A DNA stretch of 64,000 nucleotides from Octopus vulgaris (lineage: Eukaryota). Of this stretch, positions 50,362 through 62,959 are shown in pieces. The stretch covers positions 24,056,001-24,120,000 of the forward strand of contig OX597827.1 in assembly GCA_951406725.2 (NCBI GenBank), given 5' to 3'. Under the pieces are notes generated by a model. It did not search any database, was not told where the DNA came from, and saw only the letters and a program-made list of their open reading frames with translations. Both the position numbers and the translations under genes were made by a program. Each line of letters begins with the position of its first letter. The first letter of the stretch is position 1.

Positions 50362-50618
50362 TTCTGTCTCCCCAAACAATGGTCACAGTAATTGCCCGTC
50401 CAGCCGATGTAACACTGACATGTTCCGTTCCGACACTCGCCCTGGTAGCAATTGTAGTCGCTGCGCTTGCGGCTACATGTCGATAACGAACTATTGGAGG
50501 CGACCAAGACGAGTAATAGTAAATGGCAGAGTATTAGGCACAGCAGATATTCCAACGAACGACATGGTAACCTGTATTTAGACTTGGTCTGAACCACAAA
50601 CATCGCAATTTCCGCCAT
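50362..50618 (-). CDS. ATRN: Attractin-like gene, coding exon 1 (signal peptide + EGF-like domain)
   Basis: ORF MAEIAM...LLCLILCHLLLLVLVA (hydrophobic signal) then CSRKRSDYNCYQGECRNGTCQCYIGWTGNYCDHC (EGF). ATG in AAGATGGCGG context; donor AA|GTAAGT (50361..50356); 257 nt, phase 2, joins exon 2 in frame. Confidence 0.88.
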
Positions 50619-50770
50619 CTTGACTATTATTATGGTTAGATTCGACAGTTGATGTTGCGCATGTCAACAGACATTCCTATTCCGTTACCGAAGCACTCAA
50701 CCTGTATTCCGTTGTATGCATTCGTTTTCTATAATATTTATTTACCTATACCTACATGAGTATGCGTACA
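50600..50770 (-). promoter_or_regulatory. Putative promoter/5' UTR of attractin-like gene, with YY1-type motif overlapping the ATG
   Basis: CpG-undepleted unique sequence immediately upstream of exon 1; CAAGATGGCGG spans the start codon. TSS not determinable. Confidence 0.5.
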
Positions 50771-50831
50771 TAAATAAATATATAAATACCTATATATAGA
50801 TGTGGGTGTGTGTATTGAATACACACACTCA

Positions 50832-50861
50832 TATCTATCTATCTATATATCTATTTATCTG

Positions 50862-50916
<55 letters not shown>

Positions 50917-50975
50917 GTCTATCAATTTATCTGTCTGTCTGTCTATCTATCTATCTATTTATCTGTCTGTCTATC

Positions 50976-51017
<42 letters not shown>

Positions 51018-51068
51018 GCTAGCTAGCTATCTGTCTGTCTGTCTGTCTGTCTATCTAACTATCTATCT
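50832..51068. repeat. (TCTA)n/(TCTG)n microsatellite upstream of exon 1
   Basis: Direct read. Confidence 0.95.
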
Positions 51069-51901
51069 GAAGATATATATATATATCATCATCATCGTCA
51101 TCATCATATAACGTCCGTTCTCCATGCTGGCATGGGTTAGACAGTTTGACTGGAACTTGTAAGCCAGAGAGCTGCACCAGGTTCCAGTCTGATTTGGCAT
51201 GGTTTCTACGGCCGGATGCCCTTCCTAACACCAACCACTCCAAGAGCACAATAAGTGTTCTTAATGTGCCACCAGCACAGGTGCCATTTAGATGACACTG
51301 GTAACCTTCACGACTCTGGTCTGACTTGGCTTGATGAGTCTTCTCAAGTACAGGCAAAGGTCTCAGCACAACATTTGAAGATCATGCTCCAAATAATAAA
51401 TCTAGATTTGAATAAATATTTAAATAAATAGTTATATAGATATTATAATTAGAGAGTAAAAGAGGAGTAGTAAATAAATAATAATATAAGTGGCCAGCAA
51501 GCATTTCAGCTGATAAAGGACAAATCAATAAATTTTATAATTAATTAAAATCATAATTGAGAGTACAAAAGGTACCAGCGTTGCTAAAAATAAGAGTCGA
51601 ACAATTGTCTAATAAGCCACCATTTCACTGAAAACATAACAGGCCAACAGAAATTGGGCAACAAGCAAAGAAATTAATTTACCATCGCGGTTGATAACCA
51701 GAAAATGAGGCAATAGATATTCCTGTATCGTATGATTTTGAATTTTGAGATTACTCCCTAAATTCTCATCAGCAGGTCTCACAATATATGTAGGGTTAAA
51801 AACCTTACTCGCTTCATCGCCTGTTACTCATTGAATGACTAGTGCCATATTCAAGATGATGTCAGTGTATGATTTTCCATAAATGAATAAATCTTCAAAT
51901 A

Positions 51902-52186
51902 CATATTCTGTTGTGTCTGAGGAGAGTAATTTTCTTTTTTGCCTTATGATGTAACACACTCACCGGTAAAGTTTCCACTTATTTCTTATTTTTATTTTCC
52001 TATAATTTTCGTTGCGTCTTGCAACCTTTTCAATAGTCTTGACTCTTCAAGAGTCAAGACTATTGAAAAGGTTGCAATGAAAATTTTAGGAAAATAAAAA
52101 TAAGAAAAAAAGTGGAAATTTTACCGGTGAGTGTGTTACATCATAAGGCAAAAAAGAAAATTACTCTCCCCAGACAACAGAATATG
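51902..52186. repeat. Palindrome (~140-bp arms, 1-nt centre) nested within an older inverted repeat
   Basis: Centre GACTCTT-C-AAGAGTC at 52048; outer inverted pair 51681..51759 / 52296..52375. Confidence 0.92.
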
Positions 52187-52570
52187 CTTCAACACATGAA
52201 CTCATATAAGGAATCTTGCAAACCAAATCCAAAAACAAAATAATTCAAATAAATATTTATACAGATATTATTATGGTCAATAGTAGTAAATAAATAAGGG
52301 AGTAATCTTAAAATTTGAAATCATATGATAAAGGAACATTTATTGCCTAATTCTGTGGCTATCAGCCATGATGGTTAGTGTGAAACACCAGTGTCCCAGA
52401 ATCCATTGTACCAATGAGTTGAGTGTGTCAGGAACACATTGCTGCAGTTCCATCCCACTTGCAAGACACTTTATACGAGTACATTTATGTGTTTTTTAAG
52501 ACAATGCATCTATACAAGTGGTACCACAATTTCAAGGTTTCCAAAAGTATATGTGCTTCATGTATGTATA

Positions 52571-52622
<52 letters not shown>

Positions 52623-52630
52623 TATGTATG

Positions 52631-52664
<34 letters not shown>

Positions 52665-52666
52665 TG

Positions 52667-52841
52667 TATATTTAGAGATAACCACTAGGTGGATAACCAA
52701 TATGTTAGAAGAAGATCACAGCAAACACCAGAGTGGTGTTTGCTGAGTTTCTCTGGAGAACATTCTTTTCTTTGTAGTTAGATCATATGTGATCTTCTTC
52801 TAGCATATTGGTTATCCACCTAGTGGTTATCCCTAAATATA
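52667..52841. repeat. Foldback with 54-bp arms and an inner hairpin
   Basis: Arms 52667..52720 and 52788..52841; inner CAGCAAACACC/GGTGTTTGCTG. Confidence 0.88.
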
Positions 52842-52962
52842 CACATGTATTGAAATTTTTTGTTTTTTTCAGATTTTTTATATATGCTAGGCTACTGGTT
52901 TTAAATTAATATTAATTAAATTAATAATCAATTTATCTCCCTCGTTATTTAAATATATATAT

Positions 52963-53446
52963 ATATCGCCCGGCGTTGCTCGGGTTTGTAAGGGAAATAA
53001 CTATATAAGCATTTTTAGAGAGTTACTTCCCTTATAAATTCGGGCTTTCTTAGCCATTTTTGTTTTGGTGTCTTCAAGCCATGAAGTCGTTGTTCTAAAA
53101 GAACGCTGGTTTCCTTCACAACGCATTACGACGTTGATTTCTTTACACTCCCTTCCCCACAGCTTCACGAGGGAGGGAAGGGGGAGAAGCAAACAGGTGC
53201 AGCTGTGAGCGTGGACGCCAACTCCGCCGCCATTGACACACGATGCATTTTATGCATTAAAATGGAATAAAAAATTATGTTAAATTATTTTTAAAATCGT
53301 AGACTCATCGTTGACGCGCGCTAATAGTCAGACGGGCTTGATATGAATCACGACTATAAGCTACCCGAATTTGGTTAAACTGCACCGCAAAATGTGGGAG
53401 GAGTTAGGAATCTAAATCGAAGGGGACAGACACTCACACAACTAGA

Positions 53447-53452
<6 letters not shown>
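52963..53452 (+). mobile_element. Helitron/Helentron-like non-autonomous element in (TA)n
   Basis: 5' hairpin CCCGGCGTTGCTCGGG, CpG-retaining body, 3' core CCGAATTTGGTT...GGAGGAGTTAGG...GACAGACACTCACA ending in TATATA. Confidence 0.55.
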
Positions 53453-53501
<49 letters not shown>

Positions 53502-54948
53502 CCAGCCCATTTAAGAGTACTCTTCAATCATTGGACAATAAATTATGCTTGCAAAGACCTGTCGTGGCCGATGACAGGCCCGCCTGATTGGCACCCATGC
53601 CAGTGAAACATTAAAAGCACCATTTGAGCGTGGCCAATGCCAGTATTGCTTGACTGGCCCTTGTGCCAGTGGCACATTAAAGCACCCACTACACTCTCGC
53701 AGTGGTTGGTGTTAAGAAGGGCATCCAGCTGTAGAAACTTTACCAGATCAGATTGGAGACTGGTGCAGCCTTCTGATTCACCAGCCCTCAGTCAAATAGT
53801 CCAACCCATGCCAGCATGGAAAGCAGACGTTAAATGATAATGATGATAATGATGATGATATGTATATATATAAATATGGCAATCTTTATATCTTATGTAA
53901 CGTGGATGCATTGTTAGAACAGTGTAAAACCTTGTTAAATGCCTTGAGAGATCCTTTCATATAGGAGTACAGTGCTAAAAGCACAAACATATCATTAGCA
54001 GATCAGAATAGTCTGGCAGGAGGATGGGGACAGAACTACTAGATCCCATGATTTCACCATACATGTGCTTCATCAGTATCAGGCATCCACTCACCATATG
54101 CCAGCCAAATTCCACCACAAATGATGTATAAAAAACATTGAAGTCACAATTAGCTGACAGGATCTTTAAAAAATAGATATTTGTGACAGAAGCAGTATTA
54201 ATACCTAACAACAATGCACACACACACAAGGTGTATGTTGGTGAGTGTGTATGTATGAATGTACATATGTATGTACATACAAACATATCACAAACAAGAA
54301 GTCATTTGTCAAGTTCTTTATTTAGACACCAGTAAAAAAAAACATGTCAAAGCAAAAACATAAAAATAATACAAAATTTTAGGAGATATCAAAGATATGT
54401 GTAAGAATAAAAAAACATTTACCTGAAAACAGGTAAATGCAGTTGTTAACAGATATGAATAGTTATTCCAGAATATGTAGATATTTATTTTTAACATTGG
54501 TAAAAGTTCACATTTCGATGAGGAAAAGATAGTCAGTTAAATGAAACCTTGTAAATAAATGATTCTTTATTTTATGGACCCCAAAAGGATAAAAGAGAAA
54601 AGTGACTGAGCAGGATTTGAACTCAGATCTGTAACTAAATATAGCAAAGAATTTTATCCAACGTTCTAATGATTCTGCTCATGTGCCACCCTAAAATACA
54701 AACAAATATTCACATATTATTAACAGATATGAATAATTATCTTTTCTCTTTAACTTGTTTCAGTTTTGGACTGTGGCCATGCTGGGGCACTGCCTTGAAG
54801 GGTTTAGTTAACTTAAATGACTCTACTACTTTAAGTCTCAAGCTCATTGTATTGGTCTCTTTTTGCTCAACTGCTAAGTTACAGGGTGCATAAACTAACA
54901 AACACCAGTTGTCAAGTGCTGGTGGAGAGGACAAACACAAACACACAC

Positions 54949-54988
<40 letters not shown>

Positions 54989-55682
54989 TGTACTACAGAT
55001 GGATGAGGAGAGATGTGTGAAGAAGTATCACTCCCAAACAGTTGAAGGAATCCAGGAAGACATGGGATGAGGTGGTCAAGCATGACCTTTGAACGTTGGG
55101 CCTCACAGAGGCAATAACGAAAGACTGAAACCTCTGGAGATATGCTGTGACTGCAAAGACCCGACAAATAGCGTGAGTTCATGGCCTATTTCCTGCACCA
55201 GCTTCACATAGCAGCCCAAGCCCATCCAAAGTACCTTGGATCTCAGAACAGCCTGCTGTGCTTACCTTGGATCATAGGGCGACCTGCTGTGCTTGAGGTG
55301 ACCTATTGAGTCGAGTACATAAACATCAAAATAAAAATAAAATGGAAATTGTAGTTGTGATACCTGTGCTGGTGGCACATAAAAAGCGCCTCCGAACATC
55401 GCTGATGCCAGCACCATCTTGACTGGCTTCCATGCTGGTGGCATGTAAAAAGCACCAACCGATCATGGCTGTTGCGACCCTCCCCTGGCACCTGTGCAGA
55501 TGGCACATAAAAAACACCCACTACACTCTCGGAGTGGTGGCATTAGGAAGGGCATCCAGCTGTAGAAACACTGCCAGATCAGACTGGAGCCTGGTGCAGC
55601 CTCCTGGCTTCCCAGACCTCGGTCAAACCGTCAAACCCATGCTAGCATGGAAAGCAGATGTTAAACGATGATGATGATGATG

Positions 55683-55720
<38 letters not shown>

Positions 55721-55809
55721 TCATCATCATCATCATCATTTAGCGTCCGTTTTCCATGCTAGCATGGGTTGGACGGTTTAACTGGGGTCTATATATATAT
55801 ATAAAGATA

Positions 55810-57050
55810 AGGCAAAGTAGTGTTCATATGTAGAAGATGTACAGGATCCATAAAAACTACAGATACTCAGAAAATTCTCTTAAATGCCCTGGTGGCTCAT
55901 TAGATGTAGTAGATAATTTCTGCTACCTAGGGGACCAAATTGTAGTGGGTGAGGATGTATGAAGAGTGTAATAGCTGGAATAAGAATAGGATAGAGGGAC
56001 TTCAAAGAGCTTTCACCTCTGTTGGCTCTGAAAGGTTTGTCTCTGAGGGAAAGGAAGACTGTATGATGCATGCTTACAGACAGCAGTTCCACATCGTAGT
56101 GAGATGTGGAGTCCTGATTGCAGAGGACATGTGAAGGTTAGAGAGGAATGAGGTTTGTATGCTCTGCTGGATTTGTAATGTAAGTGTACATATTCAACAG
56201 TGTGCTAATGTTTTGAGAGAGAAGTTAGGTATAAGAGGAATTAGTTACTGTGTGCAAAAGAGAAGATTACACTGGTTTGATCAGGTGATATGGGTGGATG
56301 CTGACAGCTCCACAAAGAAGTGCTGGCCCCTCAAAGTACGAGGGTAAATCAAAAAGTAATGCCATTTTGTTTAGGACAGGTATAATTACCAAAACAGGAA
56401 TATGTATCATACATCAAAATGAAGCTGGTCCTCTGTGGATCACATCCCTACTTCTCAACATAGTCACCGTTTCTCTCAATAGCAATGTTCCACCTTCGAA
56501 TGAGAGCATGTATCCCTGCCCTGTAAAATTCTGTTGACTGTTCTTTGAGCCACTTCTTCACTACCTCCACACTCACCAGATTTAGCGTCTTCAGACTATC
56601 ATCTCTTCGGCGCCATGAAAGAGGGTTTGAGAGGCAAACATTATTCCAGTGACAAGGAAGTGAAAACTGTAGTGAAGAAGTGGCTCAAAGAACAGTCAAC
56701 AGAATTTTACGGGGCAGGGATACATGCTCTCATTCGAAGGTGGGACATTGCTATTGTGAGCAACAGTGACTATGTTGAGAAGTAGGGATGTGATCCACAG
56801 AGGACCAGCTTCATTTTGATGTATGATACATATTCCTGTGTTGGTAATTATACCTGTCCTAATCAAAATGGCTTTACTTTTTGACACACCCTTGTGGATG
56901 GAGCATGTGAAAGAGGGAGACCCTGGAAGAAAGACATGGGACAAAGTACTGAAGGACCACCTCAGCATACTGAACCTTTCAGACAAGATGACAAAGGACC
57001 AAGATACCTGGCACCTTGCTGTACTCAAGCAGACCTGTACTCCACTGCAG
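55810..57050 (+). mobile_element. RTE-clade LINE 3' fragment, split by the mariner MITE
   Basis: VVDNFCYLGDQ...MLCWICNVSVH...LREKLGIRGI...LHWF; resumes after 56894 with GRPWKK/KTWDKV. Confidence 0.8.
56339..56894 (+). mobile_element. Mariner-derived MITE with 226-bp inverted arms, inserted in an RTE fragment
   Basis: Arms 56339..56564 and 56669..56894. Interior reads PHSPDLASSDYHLFGAMKEGLRGKHYSSDKEVK...DYVEK*. TA on left, TG on right. Confidence 0.9.
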
Positions 57051-57322
57051 AAGTGTTAAGGCCACTCCTCCTGGTGAAGAGAGCTGGCCTGCAAGAGTCC
57101 TGCACTGGTGCCATGCAAAAAGCACTTGTGCCAGTGCCACATAAAAGCACTTGTGCAATGCCACGTAAAAGTACCCAACACACTCTGTAAAGGGCATCCA
57201 GCTGTAGAAACCATGCCAAATTGGACTGGAGTCTGGTGCAGCTCTCCAGCTTGCAAGCTCTGGTCAAACTGTCAAACCCATACCAACATGGACGACAGAC
57301 GTTAAATGACAATGATGATGAT

Positions 57323-57368
<46 letters not shown>

Positions 57369-58916
57369 TGTACACGATGGGGTTCTTTCAGTTTCCATCT
57401 ACCAAATTCACTCACAAGGCTTTGGTCAGCCTGGCACTATTGTGGAAGGCACTTATCCAAAGTGCTTTGCAGTAGGAGTGAATCCAAGACCACACGATTG
57501 AGAAGCAAGCTTCATACCACACAGCCATGTATGTATCTAAAAATATTCAACTTATATGAACAAATATCAATGCTGCCTTCATCAGCCATCGACATCATCA
57601 TATATTAATATATATTAACAGATGTAGAGATTAACATATAATAATAGATATAGAAAAACGAGGTCTGATCTGTATCAGTGCTGGTGTTATTTAAAGAAAG
57701 CTACAACACATATAACACACTCTGAACACTTTGCTTCTTCAAGCATGGACACATTAAATGTCTGACATCTTGCAAATGAATTGGTAGACACCTCCAAGAT
57801 CATCCACCCTCTTTCCAACAACCTTTGGCACTTTTTTGAATTCCATATCTCCAACATTCATAGACATGCTTACAAAATAAAAATAAAAATAAAAACAAAC
57901 AATACAGCACCCATGACTTTCAGAAACATTTTTTTTCTTTAATCAGAATTGGTGAAACATGAAATAAACTACTCACAGTTGTTAGCTGTCAGGACACTAC
58001 ATCCTTCAAAACTTTCATGCTTCCATCTTTCAACAGCACACCTATTTCTTTACTACCCACAAGGGGCTAAAAACAAAACAAGGACAGACAAACGGATTAA
58101 GTCAATTACATCGACCCTAGTGCATAACTGGTACTTATTTAATCGACCCCGAAAGGATGAAAGGCAAAGTCAACCTCAGCGGAATTTGAACTTAGAACGT
58201 AGCGGCAGACGAAATACCACTAATTATTTTGCCTGGCGCGCTAACAATTCTGCCAGCTCATTGCCTGTTCATATAAACAGCACACCTGATACCCCCCACC
58301 CACTGATCCTCATTTTTTCTTTTTTTTTTTAATGATTCATTCATTGTCCACTCCCTGTGCATATTCTTTGTGCTGTTTTTCTCCAGACTTGTAACACACC
58401 TGAGCACTGGATACAATAAGTTCATTGCAAAGAAATAGAGGCTTGCCCTGGAGAAACTCCCTGGTCTCCAAGCTAAGCACCCTGTCAAGTAATGTTACTC
58501 CCGACATCCTTTGGAGGAACCCCTTTTCTTGTCACCTGTACCTGTGATCTTCCTCTTTCAGTCATTACCCAACATTCATGACCATAGGTGAGGATAGACT
58601 CACAAAAATGGAATTGAAGATAAGAATTAGGCTTTTTTTAACAACTTCTCCTTTTCTGGGGACTAAATGTTGAGCTGGTGCATTACTCTGCCAGTAACTG
58701 CAATTCTAGCATCCAATTCCTCTACCACCTGTCTCCCATCACTCATGAATAAGCACATCTGCTGGTACCATATAAACAGTACCCAGTCCACATTCTGTAA
58801 AGTTGGCATTAGGAAGGGCATCCAGCCATAGAAACCTTGCTAAAACCGATACCTGGAACTTGGTTATCTGTCTCACTAGCCAGTTCATCTGTCATCTGGC
58901 AGCTCTCTCACTAGCC

Positions 58917-59263
58917 CAGTGGTTCTCAACTGTGGACCATATGGTGTCTGAGGGTCCATATAAGATTTTGCAGGGTCCACATAACAAAATAGTAAATTTC
59001 GGATCCACAATATTATTTTAAGGGCCCCTGAAAATGTTCTGCTTTAGTTGTATGTAATATTATGTATGGCAAGAAACAGCTGGGTTTCTTTCTCTAATAT
59101 TTTACATAATTCAACCTACACAAGTTAATGTGTGATGAACAAAATAGGAATTTTGGAACAAGTTTCTATAAAACTAGTTTTTAAACATCAAATGGCTATG
59201 GGGGTCCACCAGAATAAAATAGTAATCAAAGGGGTCTATAGGAGAAAATAGTTGAGAACCCTG
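58917..59263. mobile_element. Charlie/MER5-like hAT MITE
   Basis: TIRs CAGTGGTTCTCAAC / GTTGAGAACCCTG; TSD CACTAGCC / TACTAGCC. Confidence 0.75.
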
Positions 59264-59401
59264 TACTAGCCAGTTTTTGTCAAACCATCCAAGCATGGGA
59301 AATGGATGATGGGTGGAGGGATGGAAGGATGGATGGAGGGATAGATGGATGAGTGGATGGATAGATGGATTGACAGACAGATATACGTATCTGCAAATGC
59401 A

Positions 59402-59453
<52 letters not shown>

Positions 59454-60414
59454 AATGTGTATTCTTTCTCACCTGGATATGTGTGCACTGATTGTAAACA
59501 AAAGCTTCAGAGTTCATATAAACAGTGTCATTTGCACTCCTCTGCACGTACATATCCAGGTTATTTTGTTGCCTGATAGGAATTATTACATTGCCTGGAA
59601 ACAAGTGGTGGGGACTGACATCAAGAAGGGCATCTGGCCATAAAAAGTTTTTCCGCAATGCAGTTTGGTCTGACACAAGCAAGCATGGAAGAATAGACAT
59701 TAAAATCATTAAAGTAGCGGCAGCGGCGGTGGTGGTGGTGGTTGAAGGAGTAATGATGATGATGATAGTGTTGATAATGATGGTGATAATGATGAACATA
59801 TCATAACAGATATAATTAAATATCATCATTGTCATTATGCTGTTAGACATTGAAGGATATGAATAATATATATGAACATATATTAACATATATCTGCATA
59901 AATAAATAAATATTAATAGATAGAGACTATTTTACCAAATGTGTGCATATAAGAAGCTATTAACATATATTAATAGTTATTGCCATCATGTGATATGAAC
60001 CTATTCTAACATATTTTTGTCGGAAAGTTGTGAGGGTAAACATTCAGCACCTTGGCTCTCTTTTTAAGGGCCTCCAAACTGACGTGAAGAGGGAATTTAT
60101 TGAAACAGGTATGAAGAGAATCTGACACTCACAAATCTATTGTAATCTAATCTAAATGAAACGAAAAAGAAAACATCAAGAAATTTGAAGCCTTTAATAT
60201 TTAAGAAAGATGTAAAACATAGGGATACTGTATTTTCTTGTAAATAAGTCAAATTTCTTAGAGCAAAACTTACAGCCAAACAAAGAAGGTCAACTGGTAT
60301 AGCAAGATGACTTTTGAAATCCAAAAATTTCATGTGAAATGCAGAAGAATATGAAAAGATGGTGATGATGTTTGACTGTTTTCACATGTTTATATATAAT
60401 ATAATGAAATTATT

Positions 60415-60870
60415 GTATACAGTGCTCAGGTGCACCACAACTTGTCAAAAGTGCATATAAAGCATATGCAGTAATGTACAAATGTCTGGAAAATGAACAG
60501 TGTATGAGTCAGATACATGCTTGCATGTGTATGGAGGGGAGAAAATCAGGTGTAGTGTTGGCGAATCTCAGGAAGCATGGAAGTTTTGAAGGATGCAGTG
60601 CTCCGACAACTAACAACTGATGCTGGTAGTTTGTTCTATGCTTCAGCAACTCTTAGCGTGAAAAAATGTTCCCGAAAGTCATGGGAGCTGTGCTGTTTTC
60701 TGACATGTCCTCGGGTGTTAGACGGATGGAGTTCGAAAAGGTGCTCAGAGTTATTGTTTGTAAGATGGTTAATAATTTTATGGGTGTCTGCAACAACAGC
60801 AACTTGTATGCCACAACATATAAGAAGCCTGCCTACAAAATTACTCTGTGAAGAAGTAGATTGTGAAATA
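60415..60870 (-). mobile_element. CR1-type LINE 3' end
   Basis: HKIINHL...FELHPSNTRGH...FREHFFTLRVAEA (TRGH...FF+.RV..WN motif of CR1 3' ends). Confidence 0.75.
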
Positions 60871-60899
60871 TATCTGTAGGTGGTGCAATAACCTTTTAA

Positions 60900-61103
60900 C
60901 CCTTTTCTTACCACATTTCTGTTGAGATGCTTTGTGCTTCTTTCAATTAATTTTAAATATAACAAAGAATTTAGTAAAATAACTTAGTTATCATTCAGCT
61001 AGTGACTAAGGTTTGGTGAAAGATTTTAATTCAGAACTTATGAAAACAAGACATTTGTACTATAGAGCTAGAGGTGGTTTCAACTGGGCTGGTATCAAAA
61101 GGG
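60900..61103. mobile_element. piggyBac-type MITE (tandem copy 1)
   Basis: TTAA-CCC...GGG-TTAA; opposite orientation to 33578 copy. Confidence 0.75.
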
Positions 61104-61134
61104 TTAAGAATTGTTTCTCCATTACATAGTTTAA

Positions 61135-61357
61135 CCCATTTTGTTACCATATTTCTGTTGAGATGCTCTGTGATTCTTTCAATTAATTTTAAATATAACA
61201 AAGAATTTAGTAAAATAACTTAGTTATCATTCAACTAGTGTTAGGAACATGAATTGTGACTAAAGTTTGGTGGAAGATTTTAATTCAGAACTTTTGAAAA
61301 CAAGACATTTGTATTACAGGGCCAGAGGCAGTTTCAGCTGGGTTGATATCAAAAGGG
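61135..61357. mobile_element. piggyBac-type MITE (tandem copy 2)
   Basis: TTAA-CCC...GGG-TTAA, 31 bp downstream of copy 1. Confidence 0.75.
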
Positions 61358-62269
61358 TTAACACACTTTAGAACATTTATTTAATATCAATTTGTAATTG
61401 TGAACTCAGTGCCATAAATATATATTGGTGAATGGTATGGTAGGATTGATTATGTTAATGCTGGTACTTGGCTGGTACTTTAATTTGTTAACTCTAGAAG
61501 GAGGAAAGGTAACATAGGTGTTGATAGTATTTGAACTCAAAACATAAAGGGAATTTGATTTTTAATATTGAATATGAATTGGCAGTAAGCTGGCAGAACC
61601 ATTAGCTTGCCGAACAAAATGCTGTGAAGCATTTTGTCCATCTTAATGTTCTGAGTTCAAATTATGCCAAGGGCAGCTTTGTCTTTCGTCCTTTCAGCAT
61701 CAATAAAATAAGTACCAGCTGCATACTGGGGTTGATGTCATTGACTTATCCCCTCCCCCAACATTGCTGGCCTTGTGCAAAAACTTGAAACCAATGCTGA
61801 AAATGAACTGTCTGTATCTCAAGAAAAAAAAGAAAAAGAAGTCTCCAGAATCTGTGACCCTGTGTTACCATGGAGAAATGGAAAGAAACACGATGTTCTG
61901 ATAGTGATGTTATTTTCTGTTCTTCTGAAATACATAGACTTCATTAAACAATTATTCAATTATCTATTCCGATGTGCAAAATAGATTACATTCTTCTACA
62001 TTGAGCCACCAAATTACACAGCCAATTAATTACATAATTAATTTTCAATTAATTTTGATAGTTCTGCTGTTGCTGGAGGGACAACGGCTGGAATCAATTG
62101 AGTTTCTCGATCAACATCTTACACAGTGACTGCTACTACAGCATTGAAATCACAACCACAATGATACAGACACAACTACAGGGTTACAGACACCACTGCA
62201 GCACTATAGACACCCCTACATCAATACAGATACTCCTTTTTGACATATTGAGCCAGGCATTTCCTTAAT

Positions 62270-62830
62270 GGAAGTAGAGATGTGTCTATTTTCCAATGTA
62301 CAACTTTGGTCTTTGCTAAGTTGACTTTGAGCCCTTTTCATTTCAGGATTTACTTCCACATTTGGAATTAGTTTTCTAAGTCTACTACAAATTCAGCCAT
62401 AACAACATCGTCATCAGTGAAGAGTTCCCATGGTCTTAAACTTCACTGTAATGGTCTGGAGGACTATGATGAATAGGAGGGGATGGAGGACTGAGCCTTG
62501 ATGGACTCCTACTTGTACTCTAAATTCATGATTGTACTCGTTAACTCAAATTTTGCTAACAATATCTCTGAACATGACTTTTATCACTTTCATAAGTCAA
62601 TTAACTGTCTACCCCTAGCTTCCTCAGCTACCACCAGATTACAGGGCAAGGGTCTCTGTTGAAAGCTTTCCTCAGACTGACCAATGCTAAAAATGGAACC
62701 TTACTTTTATCTATAGTTGTTTCACTAAGAAGAGAGCATTTGTAGTACTTTTCCTTGACAAAAAAGCCATATTGATTCATAAGATCAATATGGTCTTATT
62801 TTTCAATGTTCTGATTGATCTCAGAATCCA
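62270..62830 (-). mobile_element. RTE-clade LINE RT fragment
   Basis: Minus strand GVHQGSVLHPLLFIIVLQTITVKFK, PWELFTDDDVVMA. Confidence 0.75.
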
Positions 62831-62892
62831 ACGAGCCAGTTGCCTGTACATTGTCACTGTCTTAGAAATATACACATTATTATTATTATTAA

Positions 62893-62937
<45 letters not shown>

Positions 62938-62959
62938 TCATGTGGATTCCCATCATGCC

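Noticed and set aside
50800-51026. ORFs of YLSI/IYIY repeats (also at 52423, 28957, 49093 and others)
   Set aside because: Microsatellite translations.
59266-59889. 207-aa minus-strand ORF
   Set aside because: A concatenation of microsatellites and a family C repeat tail.
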